Source of the DNA: Oscillospiraceae bacterium
Lineage (GTDB): Bacteria; Bacillota; Clostridia; Oscillospirales; CAG-272
Direction: 5' to 3'
Assembly (NCBI GenBank): GCA_015063795.1
Contig: SVTL01000015.1
Span: forward strand, 1 to 53,125
DNA length: 53,125 nt
A program made the translations under genes and the position numbers. Shown piece after piece: positions 44,844 to 53,125 of this stretch. The notes under the pieces were generated by a model. That model did no database searches and was not told the origin of the DNA. It was given only the letters and a program-made list of their open reading frames with translations. Every line of letters starts with the position of its first letter. Within the stretch, counting starts at the first letter, position 1.

Positions 44844-45311
44844 TTAGGCTCTTTTGTTTTCCAGCTGATCGCACAGATCCTTCACGCCCTGCTCGATGTC
44901 GGCATAGGCGCTGTCGAAATCGCGGGTGTACCACGGATCGGCCACGCCTCGGCTCAGCCCCGAATAGGCGGTGAGCATCGACAACTTGCCCTCCGGATCG
45001 CCGCCGAACAGCCAACGCATCGAGCGCATGTTGGACTCGTCCATGCCGATGATATATTCATACGCCGCATAGTCGCATTGTCTCAGCAGCGTGGCGTGAC
45101 GGCTGTGGTACGGAATGCCGTGAGCATCCATCATACGGCGCGCGGGCGGATAGATATCGCCGCCGTGCTCCTCGTCGCTGACGCCCGCCGACGCGACCTC
45201 ATACCGCTCGGCAAGTCCTCTTTTCTTCAGCTCATGCTTCATCACAAACTCCGCCATCGGACTGCGGCAGATGTTGCCGTGGCAGACAAACAGGATCCGT
45301 GTTTTCTTCAT
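44844..45311 (-). CDS. Low-molecular-weight protein-tyrosine phosphatase / arsenate-reductase-fold protein
   Basis: CHGNICRS P-loop (CX5R) and a DPWY motif. Confidence 0.85.
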   Translation of the reverse strand: MKKTRILFVCHGNICRSPMAEFVMKHELKKRGLAERYEVASAGVSDEEHGGDIYPPARRMMDAHGIPYHSRHATLLRQCDYAAYEYIIGMDESNMRSMRWLFGGDPEGKLSMLTAYSGLSRGVADPWYTRDFDSAYADIEQGVKDLCDQLENKRA

Positions 45312-45475
45312 CTTGCTTCCTTATATATGACGCAATATCGTTGCGTATCGGAACGGCTGCGTTTTTTTGGCGCATCCGTTTTTCGCACAACAAAAGATAT
45401 TATATCGCCTTCCGCTTCCCTTGTCAACGCACTTTCGGGAATTTTTTCTTTTTTTCGTCTCTTTTCGACCGTCTT

Positions 45476-46198
45476 TTACGCCAGCAGCACCTGTACCGTT
45501 TCCCGGAAGCGGCGGTAATCGTCGATGGTGAGATAGGGGAAGTCTGAACGGTAGACCGCTTCATCGTTGCCGCCGAGACCGTAATCGTCGCCGATGTAGA
45601 CCACGTTTTCGTGGGAGAGCCCCTGTTCGCGGCAGTAAGAGTCCAGCGCGTGGTATTTGTCGTAAGGCTTCGGCGCCATATCGAAGGAGGAAGAGCCGCC
45701 GACAAACACGCAGTAATCGGGGAAGGCCTCGCAAACCTCCCGATAGATCAGGCGGCGCTTGGCACGGTCGGGATCAAAGGCCAGCTTGTCCTCCGCCTTC
45801 GCCTTTGTCCCCAACAGCGGAAAGGTGACGCAGCCCGACGGGTGGAACTCCACCGACTCGCCGTCATACGCCGTATAGCCGAAGCGCTCGCGCAGAGTCT
45901 TGACTGTCTGTTCCACCGCTTCCCTGTCGCAGGGGAGCGACAGGTCCTTCTCCAGACGGACCGTTTTCGTCCTTTCGTCGTACACGCCGTACTGCATGCC
46001 GTAATTGCCAATGATGTCCAGCGGATACTGCTCCATCTGAGCGAAAATGCGCCCTACCTGCCCAGCGCCCACCATCAGAAGCGTATACCTCTGCGAAAGC
46101 GCATCCAAAACCGCGCGGTGCTCGGGCGAAAGCGGCGTTTTGTGCTGAGTCAGCGTGCCGTCCAGATCCATGGCCACGACCTTGATGCGATGATCCAT
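45476..46198 (-). CDS. HAD-IIB (Cof-type) hydrolase
   Basis: VAMDLDGTL motif I and GDDYGLGGND motif IV. Start MDHRIKV with SD GGAGGAG. The track N-terminal extension is unsupported. Confidence 0.75.
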   Translation of the reverse strand: MDHRIKVVAMDLDGTLTQHKTPLSPEHRAVLDALSQRYTLLMVGAGQVGRIFAQMEQYPLDIIGNYGMQYGVYDERTKTVRLEKDLSLPCDREAVEQTVKTLRERFGYTAYDGESVEFHPSGCVTFPLLGTKAKAEDKLAFDPDRAKRRLIYREVCEAFPDYCVFVGGSSSFDMAPKPYDKYHALDSYCREQGLSHENVVYIGDDYGLGGNDEAVYRSDFPYLTIDDYRRFRETVQVLLA

Positions 46199-46420
46199 AT
46201 CTTCTCTCCTCCGTTTTTTTCTCGTTTCTCTCCGCCCTTCGGCGACCATTTCCTGCATTGTACCATATTTTTCTCTTCCTGTAAACCGTTTTTCGGCACG
46301 ACAAAGCCGTGAGAAATCACCTCGAAAACGCCGAAAGGCAAATTTAAAGCAAAAAAAGAGACGAATAAAGCCAATAAAAATAAAAAAAGATATTTATTTG
46401 CAAAAAAATGCAAAAAAAGA

Positions 46421-46449
46421 TTGCCAAACGAAAAAGAGTATGATATAAT
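46421..46449 (+). promoter_or_regulatory. Promoter TTGCCA-17-TATAAT preceded by an A/T-rich UP-like region
   Basis: Strong -10 box about 60 nt upstream of the oxidoreductase gene. Confidence 0.65.
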
Positions 46450-46511
46450 GGGGACATAAAACACCAAAAATGAGCTTTCCCGAATTTTTCTGGATAGGAG
46501 ATGGAAATTCT

Positions 46512-48347
46512 ATGAGCAGATTGTTGCTCCGTACCCCCGATCAGTCTCAGGCGCTGATCGACAACCTGTACGACAATATCGAACGCCGCGTGGGCGCCAC
46601 CCCGCCCGGTGTCTGTCCTGTGGATATGGCGCTGTCCTTCCTTGAGATGTGCCATGCGCAGACCTGCGGAAAATGTACGCCCTGCCGCATCGGTCTCGGT
46701 CAGTTGGCCGACCTGCTTCGCCAGGTTCTCGACGGCGAGGCCGAGCTTGAAACGCTGGATCTGATCCGATCCACCGCCGCAGCCATCGAAGAAAGCGCCG
46801 ACTGCGCCATCGGTACCAACGCCGCCCGCGTGGTGCTGGACGGTCTGAAGGCCTTCCGCGACGATTATCTTTCCCATGTGAAGAACAAGGCCTGCCTGGG
46901 CTCGATGAACGAGCCGGTTCCCTGCGTCTCGCTCTGCCCGGCCAATGTGGACATCCCCGGCTACATCGGTCTGATCGCCGCCGGCCGTCCCGCCGATGCG
47001 GTCAAGCTGATCCGCAAGGACAATCCCTGGCCCATCGCCTGCGCTTACATCTGCGAGCACCCCTGCGAGGCCAAGTGCCGCCGTTCCATGATGGATGCCC
47101 CCATGAACATCCGCGGGCTGAAGAAATATGCCGTCAACAACGCCGGCGAAGTGGAAAATCCCCCCTGCGCTCCCGCCACGGGCAAGAAGGTGGCGATCGT
47201 TGGCGGAGGTCCAGCCGGTCTCACCGCCGCTTACTATCTGACGCTGATGGGACATAAGGTCACCGTTTACGAAAGACAGAAGCAGCTGGGCGGTATGCTG
47301 CGCTACGGCATCCCCTCCTACCGCTTCCCCCGCGAAAAGATCGACGAAGAGATCCGCAACATTCTGTCGGTCGGCATCGAGGTCAAGACCGGTGTCAACA
47401 TCGGCAAGGACATCACCTTAAAGCAGCTGCGCGAGCAGAACGACGCTCTCTACATTGCCATCGGCGCCCAGGGCGACAAGAAGGTTGGTATGGAGGGCGA
47501 GGACTGCGGCAACGTCATGTCGGCCGTGGAAATGCTCGGCAGGATCGGTGACGGCGAAATGCCCGACTTCAAGGGCAAGAAGGTGGTCGTCATCGGCGGC
47601 GGCAACGTGGCCATGGACGTCACCCGCACCTCGGTCCGTCTGGGCGCGGAAAAGGTCACCTGTGTCTACCGCCGCCGTCAGATCGATATGACCGCTCTGC
47701 CCGAGGAGGTGGAGGGTGCTCTGGCCGAGGGCGCGGAGATCCTCCAGCTGCAGGCTCCCGTCCGCATCGAGGCCGATGAAAACGGCAACGCCGCCGCGCT
47801 GTGGGTCCAGCCCCAGATCATCGGTGCCGTCGGCCGCGATTTCCGTCCCCGTCCGTCGAAGGCCGATCTGCCCGAAATGCGCATCGAGGCCGACATCATC
47901 GTTCTCGCCATCGGCCAGAGCGTGGAAAACGACGGCTTTGAGGAGCTGAACATCCAGACCAAATGGGACAACATCATCGCCGGCGAGGACACCGCGCTTC
48001 CTTCTCAGGACGGCATCTTCGCAGGAGGCGACTGTGTTACCGGTCCCGCCACCGCCATCAAGGCCATCGCCGCCGGTAAGGCCGCCGCTGCCAACATCGA
48101 CAGCTATCTGGGCTACAACCACGAGATCACCGTGGATGTGGACATCCCCTCGCCCAAGCTTGCCAACAAGCCGGCTCACGGCCGCGTCAACCTGCTGGAG
48201 CGCGAGGCGAACGAGCGTAAGAACGACTTTGTCTGCATCGAATGCGAGATGACCGATCAGGAGGCACGGGTGGAATCGTCCCGCTGCCTGCGCTGCGACT
48301 ATTTCGGCTACGGCTGCTTCAAGGGAGGGAGAAACACAAAATGGTAA
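46512..48347 (+). CDS. NAD(P)H oxidoreductase subunit: NuoF-type C-terminal [4Fe-4S]/SLBB module fused to a GltD-like FAD/NAD(P) domain; hydrogenase partner
   Basis: CGKCTPCRIG (NuoF cluster motif), CEHPCEAKC, and the dinucleotide fold VAIVGGGPAGLTAAYYL. Its stop overlaps the hydA start. Start MSRLL with SD AGGAGA. Confidence 0.8.
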   Translation: MSRLLLRTPDQSQALIDNLYDNIERRVGATPPGVCPVDMALSFLEMCHAQTCGKCTPCRIGLGQLADLLRQVLDGEAELETLDLIRSTAAAIEESADCAIGTNAARVVLDGLKAFRDDYLSHVKNKACLGSMNEPVPCVSLCPANVDIPGYIGLIAAGRPADAVKLIRKDNPWPIACAYICEHPCEAKCRRSMMDAPMNIRGLKKYAVNNAGEVENPPCAPATGKKVAIVGGGPAGLTAAYYLTLMGHKVTVYERQKQLGGMLRYGIPSYRFPREKIDEEIRNILSVGIEVKTGVNIGKDITLKQLREQNDALYIAIGAQGDKKVGMEGEDCGNVMSAVEMLGRIGDGEMPDFKGKKVVVIGGGNVAMDVTRTSVRLGAEKVTCVYRRRQIDMTALPEEVEGALAEGAEILQLQAPVRIEADENGNAAALWVQPQIIGAVGRDFRPRPSKADLPEMRIEADIIVLAIGQSVENDGFEELNIQTKWDNIIAGEDTALPSQDGIFAGGDCVTGPATAIKAIAAGKAAAANIDSYLGYNHEITVDVDIPSPKLANKPAHGRVNLLEREANERKNDFVCIECEMTDQEARVESSRCLRCDYFGYGCFKGGRNTKW

Positions 48348-50077
48348 AGATCACCATCGACGGCATGAGCCTTGAGGTTCCTGCCGACATTACAATACTC
48401 GAAGCCGCCAGAACGGCCGGCATCAACATCCCCACGCTCTGCTACTTAAAGGACATCAACGAGATCGCCGCCTGCCGCATCTGTGTGGTGGAGGTGGAGG
48501 GCGTTGACCGCCTGGTTCCCGCCTGCAACACCAAGGTGGAGGAGGGCATGGTGGTTCTGACCAACACCAACCGCGTGAAGGAGAACCGCAAGATCAATCT
48601 TCAGCTCATCCTCTCTCAGCACAACAGCAACTGTCCCACCTGCGTGAGAAACGGCAACTGCACCCTGCAGCGACTGGCTGCGGAAAGCAACCTGTCCAGC
48701 GATCTTTACAGCAAGAAGATCTCGTCCAAGCCCTGGTCCAAGGACAACCATCTCATCCGCGACGAAAGCAAGTGCATCAAGTGCATGCGCTGCATCCAGA
48801 TCTGCGACAAGGTGCAGAAAATGAACGTCTGGGATGTGATCAACACCGGCAGCCGCACCACCGTGGGCGTCAGCGGCAACCGCAAGTTCAACGAGACCGA
48901 CTGTACCCTCTGCGGTCAGTGCATCACCCACTGCCCTGTGGGCGCGCTCCGCGTCAACGACGACACGTCCAAGGTCATCGCCGCTCTGACCGATCCCGAG
49001 ATTACCACCGTTGTGCAGGTGGCTCCCGCCGTCCGCGCCGCATGGGGCGAGCATCTCGGGCTGACCAAGGAGCAGGCCACCACCGGACGCATGGTCGCCG
49101 CCCTCCGCCGTCTCGGCTTTGACTACATCTTCGACACCAACTTCGCCGCCGACCTGACCGTCATGGAGGAAGGCAGCGAATTCATCGAGCGCTTCACGCA
49201 CAAGAGCGAATACGCCTGGCCCATGCTCACCTCCTGCTGCCCCGGCTGGGTACGCTTCGTGAAGGGCAATTTCCCGCAATATACCGACAACCTGTCCACC
49301 GCCAAGTCGCCTCAGCAGATGTTCGGCGCGGCCGCCAAGAGCTACTTCGCCGAAAAGGTCGGCATCGATCCCAAGAAGATCTTTGTCGTTTCCATCATGC
49401 CCTGCGTGGCCAAGAAGAGCGAATGCAAGCTGCCCGCTCACGTCAACGACAACGGCGATCCCGATGTGGATGTGGTTCTGACCACCCGCGAGTTCCAGCG
49501 TATGCTTCTCGCCGACAAGGCCGATCTGGGCTCGCTTCCCGAGTCGGAATTCGATTCGCCTCTCGGTCAGAGCTCGGGTGCCGGTCTGATCTTCGGCGCC
49601 ACCGGCGGCGTGATGATCGCCGCTCTCCGCAGTGCCTACTATCTGGTCACCGGCAAGAATCCCGATGCCGACGCCTTCTCGTCCATCGGAGGCAAGATCG
49701 GCTGGAGCGAGGCCGTGTTTACCATTCCCGGCGCGGGCGAGGTGAAGGTAGCCGTAGTCAGCGGTCTGAGCAACGCTCGCGCGCTGATGGAAGCCATTGA
49801 AACAGGCAAGGTCGCCTATGACTTTGTGGAGGTCATGGCTTGTCCCGGCGGATGTGCCGGCGGCGGCGGTCAGCCCATTCACGACGGCTTTGAGATGGCC
49901 GCACAGCGCGGCGATATCCTTTGGGAGCTGGACAAGAAGGCTGCCAACCGCTTCTCGCATGAGAACCCCGACATCCAGGCTCTCTACCGCGACTATTTCG
50001 AAAAGCCCCTGAGTGAAAAGGCTCACCACCTGCTCCACACCGACCACCACACATGGGAGATGCCCAAGAAGAAATAA
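48341..50077 (+). CDS. hydA: [FeFe] hydrogenase catalytic subunit (N-terminal [2Fe-2S] and [4Fe-4S] ferredoxin-like domains plus the H-cluster domain)
   Basis: H-cluster motifs TSCCPGWV, MPCVAKKSE, EVMACPGGCAGGGGQP. Start/stop overlap ATGGTAA. SD GGGAGGGA. Confidence 0.9.
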   Translation: MVKITIDGMSLEVPADITILEAARTAGINIPTLCYLKDINEIAACRICVVEVEGVDRLVPACNTKVEEGMVVLTNTNRVKENRKINLQLILSQHNSNCPTCVRNGNCTLQRLAAESNLSSDLYSKKISSKPWSKDNHLIRDESKCIKCMRCIQICDKVQKMNVWDVINTGSRTTVGVSGNRKFNETDCTLCGQCITHCPVGALRVNDDTSKVIAALTDPEITTVVQVAPAVRAAWGEHLGLTKEQATTGRMVAALRRLGFDYIFDTNFAADLTVMEEGSEFIERFTHKSEYAWPMLTSCCPGWVRFVKGNFPQYTDNLSTAKSPQQMFGAAAKSYFAEKVGIDPKKIFVVSIMPCVAKKSECKLPAHVNDNGDPDVDVVLTTREFQRMLLADKADLGSLPESEFDSPLGQSSGAGLIFGATGGVMIAALRSAYYLVTGKNPDADAFSSIGGKIGWSEAVFTIPGAGEVKVAVVSGLSNARALMEAIETGKVAYDFVEVMACPGGCAGGGGQPIHDGFEMAAQRGDILWELDKKAANRFSHENPDIQALYRDYFEKPLSEKAHHLLHTDHHTWEMPKKK

Positions 50078-50097
50078 GGTCGGTCAAAATCGCATAA

Positions 50098-50146
50098 AAA
50101 CACAAGAGGTGCCGCCCGTTTGATGGGTTGCACCTCTTTTTTTGTA
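50098..50146. terminator. Bidirectional terminator after hydA
   Basis: AAAAA, hairpin agaggtgc...gcacctct, then TTTTTTT. Confidence 0.75.
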
Positions 50147-50157
50147 TTCAAAATGCC

Positions 50158-51117
50158 TTAGCCCGCATAGCCTCTCGGCGGCAGGGTGATGGCAAGCTCG
50201 GTCTCGGTCTTGTCCGCGCCCGTCAGATACGTGATCTTCAGCTTGCCCTTCGCCTCAAACTCACCGCTTGTGACAAAATCGGCAACGTTCTCGGAGGCAT
50301 TTTCAAGAATATATTCCTTATAATAATCATCCTTGTCAAAAATATCCCGCACCACGATCAGGTGCTGTCCGTCTCTCTGCTCGGCATAGACCACAAGGTC
50401 GTATTTGGCCGTCAGCACATACGAAAAGGGCTCGGACACACGCCCCTCCGACAGTTCATAATAGGTAGCAGTTCTGGTAGATGGGCCTGCTTCCTGAAAG
50501 GCGATGCCCGTCACATGGGTGCTGACACTTTCTTCCATCGGCATTTTCGTCAAATTCTCTTCGCAAGCCAAAACCTGCCCATCATAATCGACAACAATAT
50601 AGTAATTGAGATTTTCTTCCGGGGAACTGTAAATTCTGTCAGCATAAACACTACTCGGTTCATATCGAGTAACATCTTTGATCGCTCCGTAAAACAATCC
50701 ATAGTGGCCGCCGTCGTTCATATCAAAAGTTCCGTACACTTCCACATACTTACCGTTATGCCGTTCTGCCTCTTTTTTGGAAATCACAGTCTCATCAAGA
50801 TCGATCCAAATACGTTGATCCCCGCCGTATTTCAAATCTTCTTCGCTCAATGCAATGCAGTTTCCTTCAAACTCGATGTTCCCAACACCAATCACACGAA
50901 CCTCTTTCCCATGGTATTTTTCAGGCGTGGCAAGTAGCTGCACCATCGAAACAAAACCATACTGAGAACGTGAGTAGCATTCCTCTTTTTCAACTTCCTC
51001 CTCTGCCTCAAACGAAAGCAATCCGTTTCGGTAAAACACACCCAGAACAAACGCCGCAAGAAGAATCAGAAGAACAAACTGCAGAATGCATAGAATCCAA
51101 AGTGCTTTTTTGTTCAT
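50158..51117 (-). CDS. Membrane-anchored hypothetical protein (319 aa)
   Basis: N-terminal signal-anchor helix (MNKKALWILCILQFVLLILLAAFVLGVF). No recognised domain. Confidence 0.6.
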   Translation of the reverse strand: MNKKALWILCILQFVLLILLAAFVLGVFYRNGLLSFEAEEEVEKEECYSRSQYGFVSMVQLLATPEKYHGKEVRVIGVGNIEFEGNCIALSEEDLKYGGDQRIWIDLDETVISKKEAERHNGKYVEVYGTFDMNDGGHYGLFYGAIKDVTRYEPSSVYADRIYSSPEENLNYYIVVDYDGQVLACEENLTKMPMEESVSTHVTGIAFQEAGPSTRTATYYELSEGRVSEPFSYVLTAKYDLVVYAEQRDGQHLIVVRDIFDKDDYYKEYILENASENVADFVTSGEFEAKGKLKITYLTGADKTETELAITLPPRGYAG

Positions 51118-51214
51118 TTTGCCACCGCCTTTTTGTTTGATAATCTATTATATCACATTTCAAACAAAAAGTAAAGCCGGCGCAGTATAATTCCTCTGAA
51201 AAATCAAATATTAA

Positions 51215-51279
51215 CTTCACATTTTTTGATTCAAAAGGAGATTATATATAAGAAAGCCACAGGCATTGTCAGACGCATC
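51215..51279 (+). repeat. Direct repeat copy 1: SD plus 5' end of a SpoVT/AbrB-type gene, with the start codon mutated (tatataTAAGaaagcc)
   Basis: Motif ttttgattcaaaaggagatt...aaagccacaggcattgtcagacgcatc, about 90 % identical to copy 2. It would encode MKATGIVRRI, but ATG has become AAG. Confidence 0.75.
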
Positions 51280-51384
51280 CATAAATGAGGTGTAATAACA
51301 CCAAGACCCGAAAAGCCTCATAGGCACTACATTTTTACAGATTTTCTCAAAATCAATTTGCACAAATACAAAATCTATCCATAG

Positions 51385-51418
51385 CAAAAGCGAGGTATAT
51401 GTTATCTCGCTTTTGTTT
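51385..51418. terminator. Bidirectional hairpin terminator downstream of the Gfo/Idh/MocA gene
   Basis: Hairpin aaagcgag-gtatatgttatc-tcgcttt followed by T-rich sequence on both strands. Confidence 0.6.
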
Positions 51419-52634
51419 ATAAATCGCAAACATCTTTTCTTGGACGCTTATACCATTTACCGTTCGTAAAGTCAGGCATCGCCTGAGGGGCACCCCCCTG
51501 CTGAATTGAGATTTCTGAAAGCACCGAAACTGCCTGCCATGTGGCAGCATCATAAACATCAACAGGCATTTCTGTTTTATTTATCAAAGCATCGGTAAAC
51601 GCTTTATAACAAAACCAATCCATACCGCCATGGCCCGCTTTCATTTCTTCATCTGTTATATTTTTCCATATGCTTGGCAGATATTCTTCCTCGTATTTTT
51701 TAGCATTATTCAGATTGTCTATATAATAATCATACATATCCCAGTAAGTATGTTTTTCACCGTCAAGAAAAACCGAATTCGTATCCTGCATAAACATACC
51801 TTTTGTTCCTCTAACTGTAAAATCACGCGTATATGAACGAGGAAGTGTGGTGTCAAGTCGGAGCATAATCGTTTCGCCGTTTGCACAAGTCAAAATCGTG
51901 ATGATAACATCCCCCTGCTTAAAATCCGCATTTTTCATTTCCTCGGTGGCGTCGTCACGCTCTTTTATATAGTCTTTAAGGCCGACAGCCTTTGTTGCAA
52001 ATGAAGATACGGTAAGAATTCGGTTGCCTCTGTTAATATCAAGAAGCTTAGCAATAGGGCCCAAATCATGTGTAGGATAGTTATCACAGCAACGGTTTAA
52101 ATAGTTATCAAAACGGTAATGACGATTTACATGCCCATAAGCAATTTCATCTCTTAAATCATGAGAATAAGAGCCGGAGCAATGGACAACGGTGCCGAAT
52201 TTCCCTTTTCTTGCCATAGCGGTTGCCAAGAGCTCAGCCTTACCCCAACAACAATTTTCCACAAACATGTACGGCGTGCCGGTTTCCTCTTGAACTCTCA
52301 CTAACTCATAACAGTTTTCCAAAGAATATTCGCATCCAACTTCACTTGCAACAGCAATTCCTTTTTTCATTGCATAAACTGCAATTTCAGTGTGTGTGCT
52401 CCAATCACTAAACACAAATACCGCATCAACGATATCCACCGCAAGAGCTTCTTTATAATCGGTAAAACCCTTCGCATCTTGTCCAGCTTCTCTTACCAAT
52501 TCGATTGCTCTTTGTATTCTATCTTCATATAAATCGCAAACAGCAACAATGTTAAGGCTACTTATTTTCAACAGCACTTTTTTGAGCAAATCGTATCCAC
52601 GATTCCCCAGTCCGACAACACATGCATTTATCAT
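51417..52634 (-). CDS. Gfo/Idh/MocA-family NAD-binding oxidoreductase (possibly a GH109-like NAD-dependent glycosidase)
   Basis: N-terminal Rossmann GLGNRG motif and a GHGGMDW motif in the C-terminal half. No signal peptide. Confidence 0.75.
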   Translation of the reverse strand: MINACVVGLGNRGYDLLKKVLLKISSLNIVAVCDLYEDRIQRAIELVREAGQDAKGFTDYKEALAVDIVDAVFVFSDWSTHTEIAVYAMKKGIAVASEVGCEYSLENCYELVRVQEETGTPYMFVENCCWGKAELLATAMARKGKFGTVVHCSGSYSHDLRDEIAYGHVNRHYRFDNYLNRCCDNYPTHDLGPIAKLLDINRGNRILTVSSFATKAVGLKDYIKERDDATEEMKNADFKQGDVIITILTCANGETIMLRLDTTLPRSYTRDFTVRGTKGMFMQDTNSVFLDGEKHTYWDMYDYYIDNLNNAKKYEEEYLPSIWKNITDEEMKAGHGGMDWFCYKAFTDALINKTEMPVDVYDAATWQAVSVLSEISIQQGGAPQAMPDFTNGKWYKRPRKDVCDL

Positions 52635-52867
52635 ACTCTTTTCTCCTTTAAGCCAACAATATATGTTATGTTCATTTTAATAAAATCGCTTTCATTGAAA
52701 AGCCCATATAAAATTAAATCAACATCGGTATCGAGCCAAATCAATCCCGTTATGATAACACCAATAGACTCAATGACAAATATCCACTTTGCCCAATTTT
52801 TAATTTTACCGCCTATGGTTTCGTATAAATGATCAAATATAAAGAAAACATCCGATTGTTTCTTCAT
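52631..52867 (-). CDS. Small membrane protein (78 aa), hypothetical
   Basis: One or two TM helices. Its 3' end overlaps the downstream gene by 4 nt (ATGA). Confidence 0.4.
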   Translation of the reverse strand: MKKQSDVFFIFDHLYETIGGKIKNWAKWIFVIESIGVIITGLIWLDTDVDLILYGLFNESDFIKMNITYIVGLKEKRV

Positions 52868-52932
52868 TATAGCACAAACACATTAAAAAGTAAACACACT
52901 AGTATAAATCTCCCCGTTTTACAAATACTATC

Positions 52933-52998
52933 ATCACAAATTTTGATTCAAAAGGAGATTTTATATATATGAAAGCCACAGGCATTGTCAGACGCATC
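52933..52998 (+). repeat. Direct repeat copy 2: intact SD and ATG plus the first 11 codons (MKATGIVRRID) of a SpoVT/AbrB-type gene, then unrelated sequence
   Basis: aaaGGAGattttatatatATGaaagccacaggcattgtcagacgcatcgac. The 11-residue match to the SpoVT/AbrB N-terminus ends abruptly. An embedded TTGTCA-N18-TATAAT-like motif follows. Confidence 0.75.
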
Positions 52999-53125
52999 GA
53001 CTCTTCTGTTATAATAGGGGCAAAGGTCAGAAGCCTTGAAAACACGGGGTTTTCGCTGATTTTTGTCCAACTTCATCAATACCCCAAGCCGTGATGAGGC
53101 TGCCATCACAACAGCTCCTACGCTG

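Noticed and set aside
52969-53094. Possible intact abrB/spoVT gene starting MKATGIVRRID
   Set aside because: The match to the SpoVT/AbrB family stops after codon 11. The following residues (SSVIIGAKVRS...) do not fit the swapped-hairpin barrel in any frame. It is therefore reported as a 5' fragment. The window ends at 53125, so an intact gene beyond the window cannot be excluded.

Overview
This window looks like high-GC (about 58-60 %) Firmicutes chromosome, most likely a cellulolytic Clostridia or Ruminococcaceae-type organism. The evidence for that guess is a C-terminal type-I dockerin, a Trp T-box leader, Hsp33, a NfeD/flotillin pair and an [FeFe] hydrogenase.

The core backbone is ordinary housekeeping. 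It includes mgtC, a HAD-IIA hydrolase, a DUF1836-like/NfeD/FloT operon, hslO, a DapL-like aminotransferase, T-box-controlled trpB2, a radical-SAM/SPASM gene coupled to mutY, hprK, an M23 peptidase, a GDPD, nth, proBA, dut-maf-mreBCD-mrdA, a SulP transporter, an LMW-PTP, and a NuoF/GltD-like oxidoreductase next to hydA.

Three lower-GC accessory islets interrupt this backbone.

(i) 7.8-10.3 kb. A stretch of gene remnants (a frameshifted 5'-nucleotidase N-terminus and internally deleted MDR-dehydrogenase pieces) is followed by an array of three different small DNA-binding regulator genes. Each regulator is followed by a roughly 53-nt copy of the 5' coding end of the downstream SLOG/DUF1273 gene.

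(ii) 25.1-29.9 kb. A tRNA-Ser(GCT)-anchored islet carries a LacI regulator and a GH116 beta-glucosidase. It also carries a mini-cassette with a TIGR04076-like Cys-rich gene and an Avd-like four-helix-bundle gene that has an in-frame TAA stop. The mini-cassette is bracketed by a structured ~120-bp direct repeat that duplicates the tRNA terminator. The islet appears to have truncated a MocR-family regulator.

(iii) 51.2-53.0 kb. A Gfo/Idh/MocA oxidoreductase and a small membrane gene are bracketed by two ~65-bp direct repeats. Both repeats are 5' fragments (SD plus the first 11 codons, MKATGIVRRID) of a SpoVT/AbrB-type gene.

No integrase, transposase, CRISPR array or rRNA is visible in the window. 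Downstream of the dockerin protein lies a co-directional run of eight uncharacterised small genes. The many long antisense ORFs in the six-frame track are high-GC artefacts.
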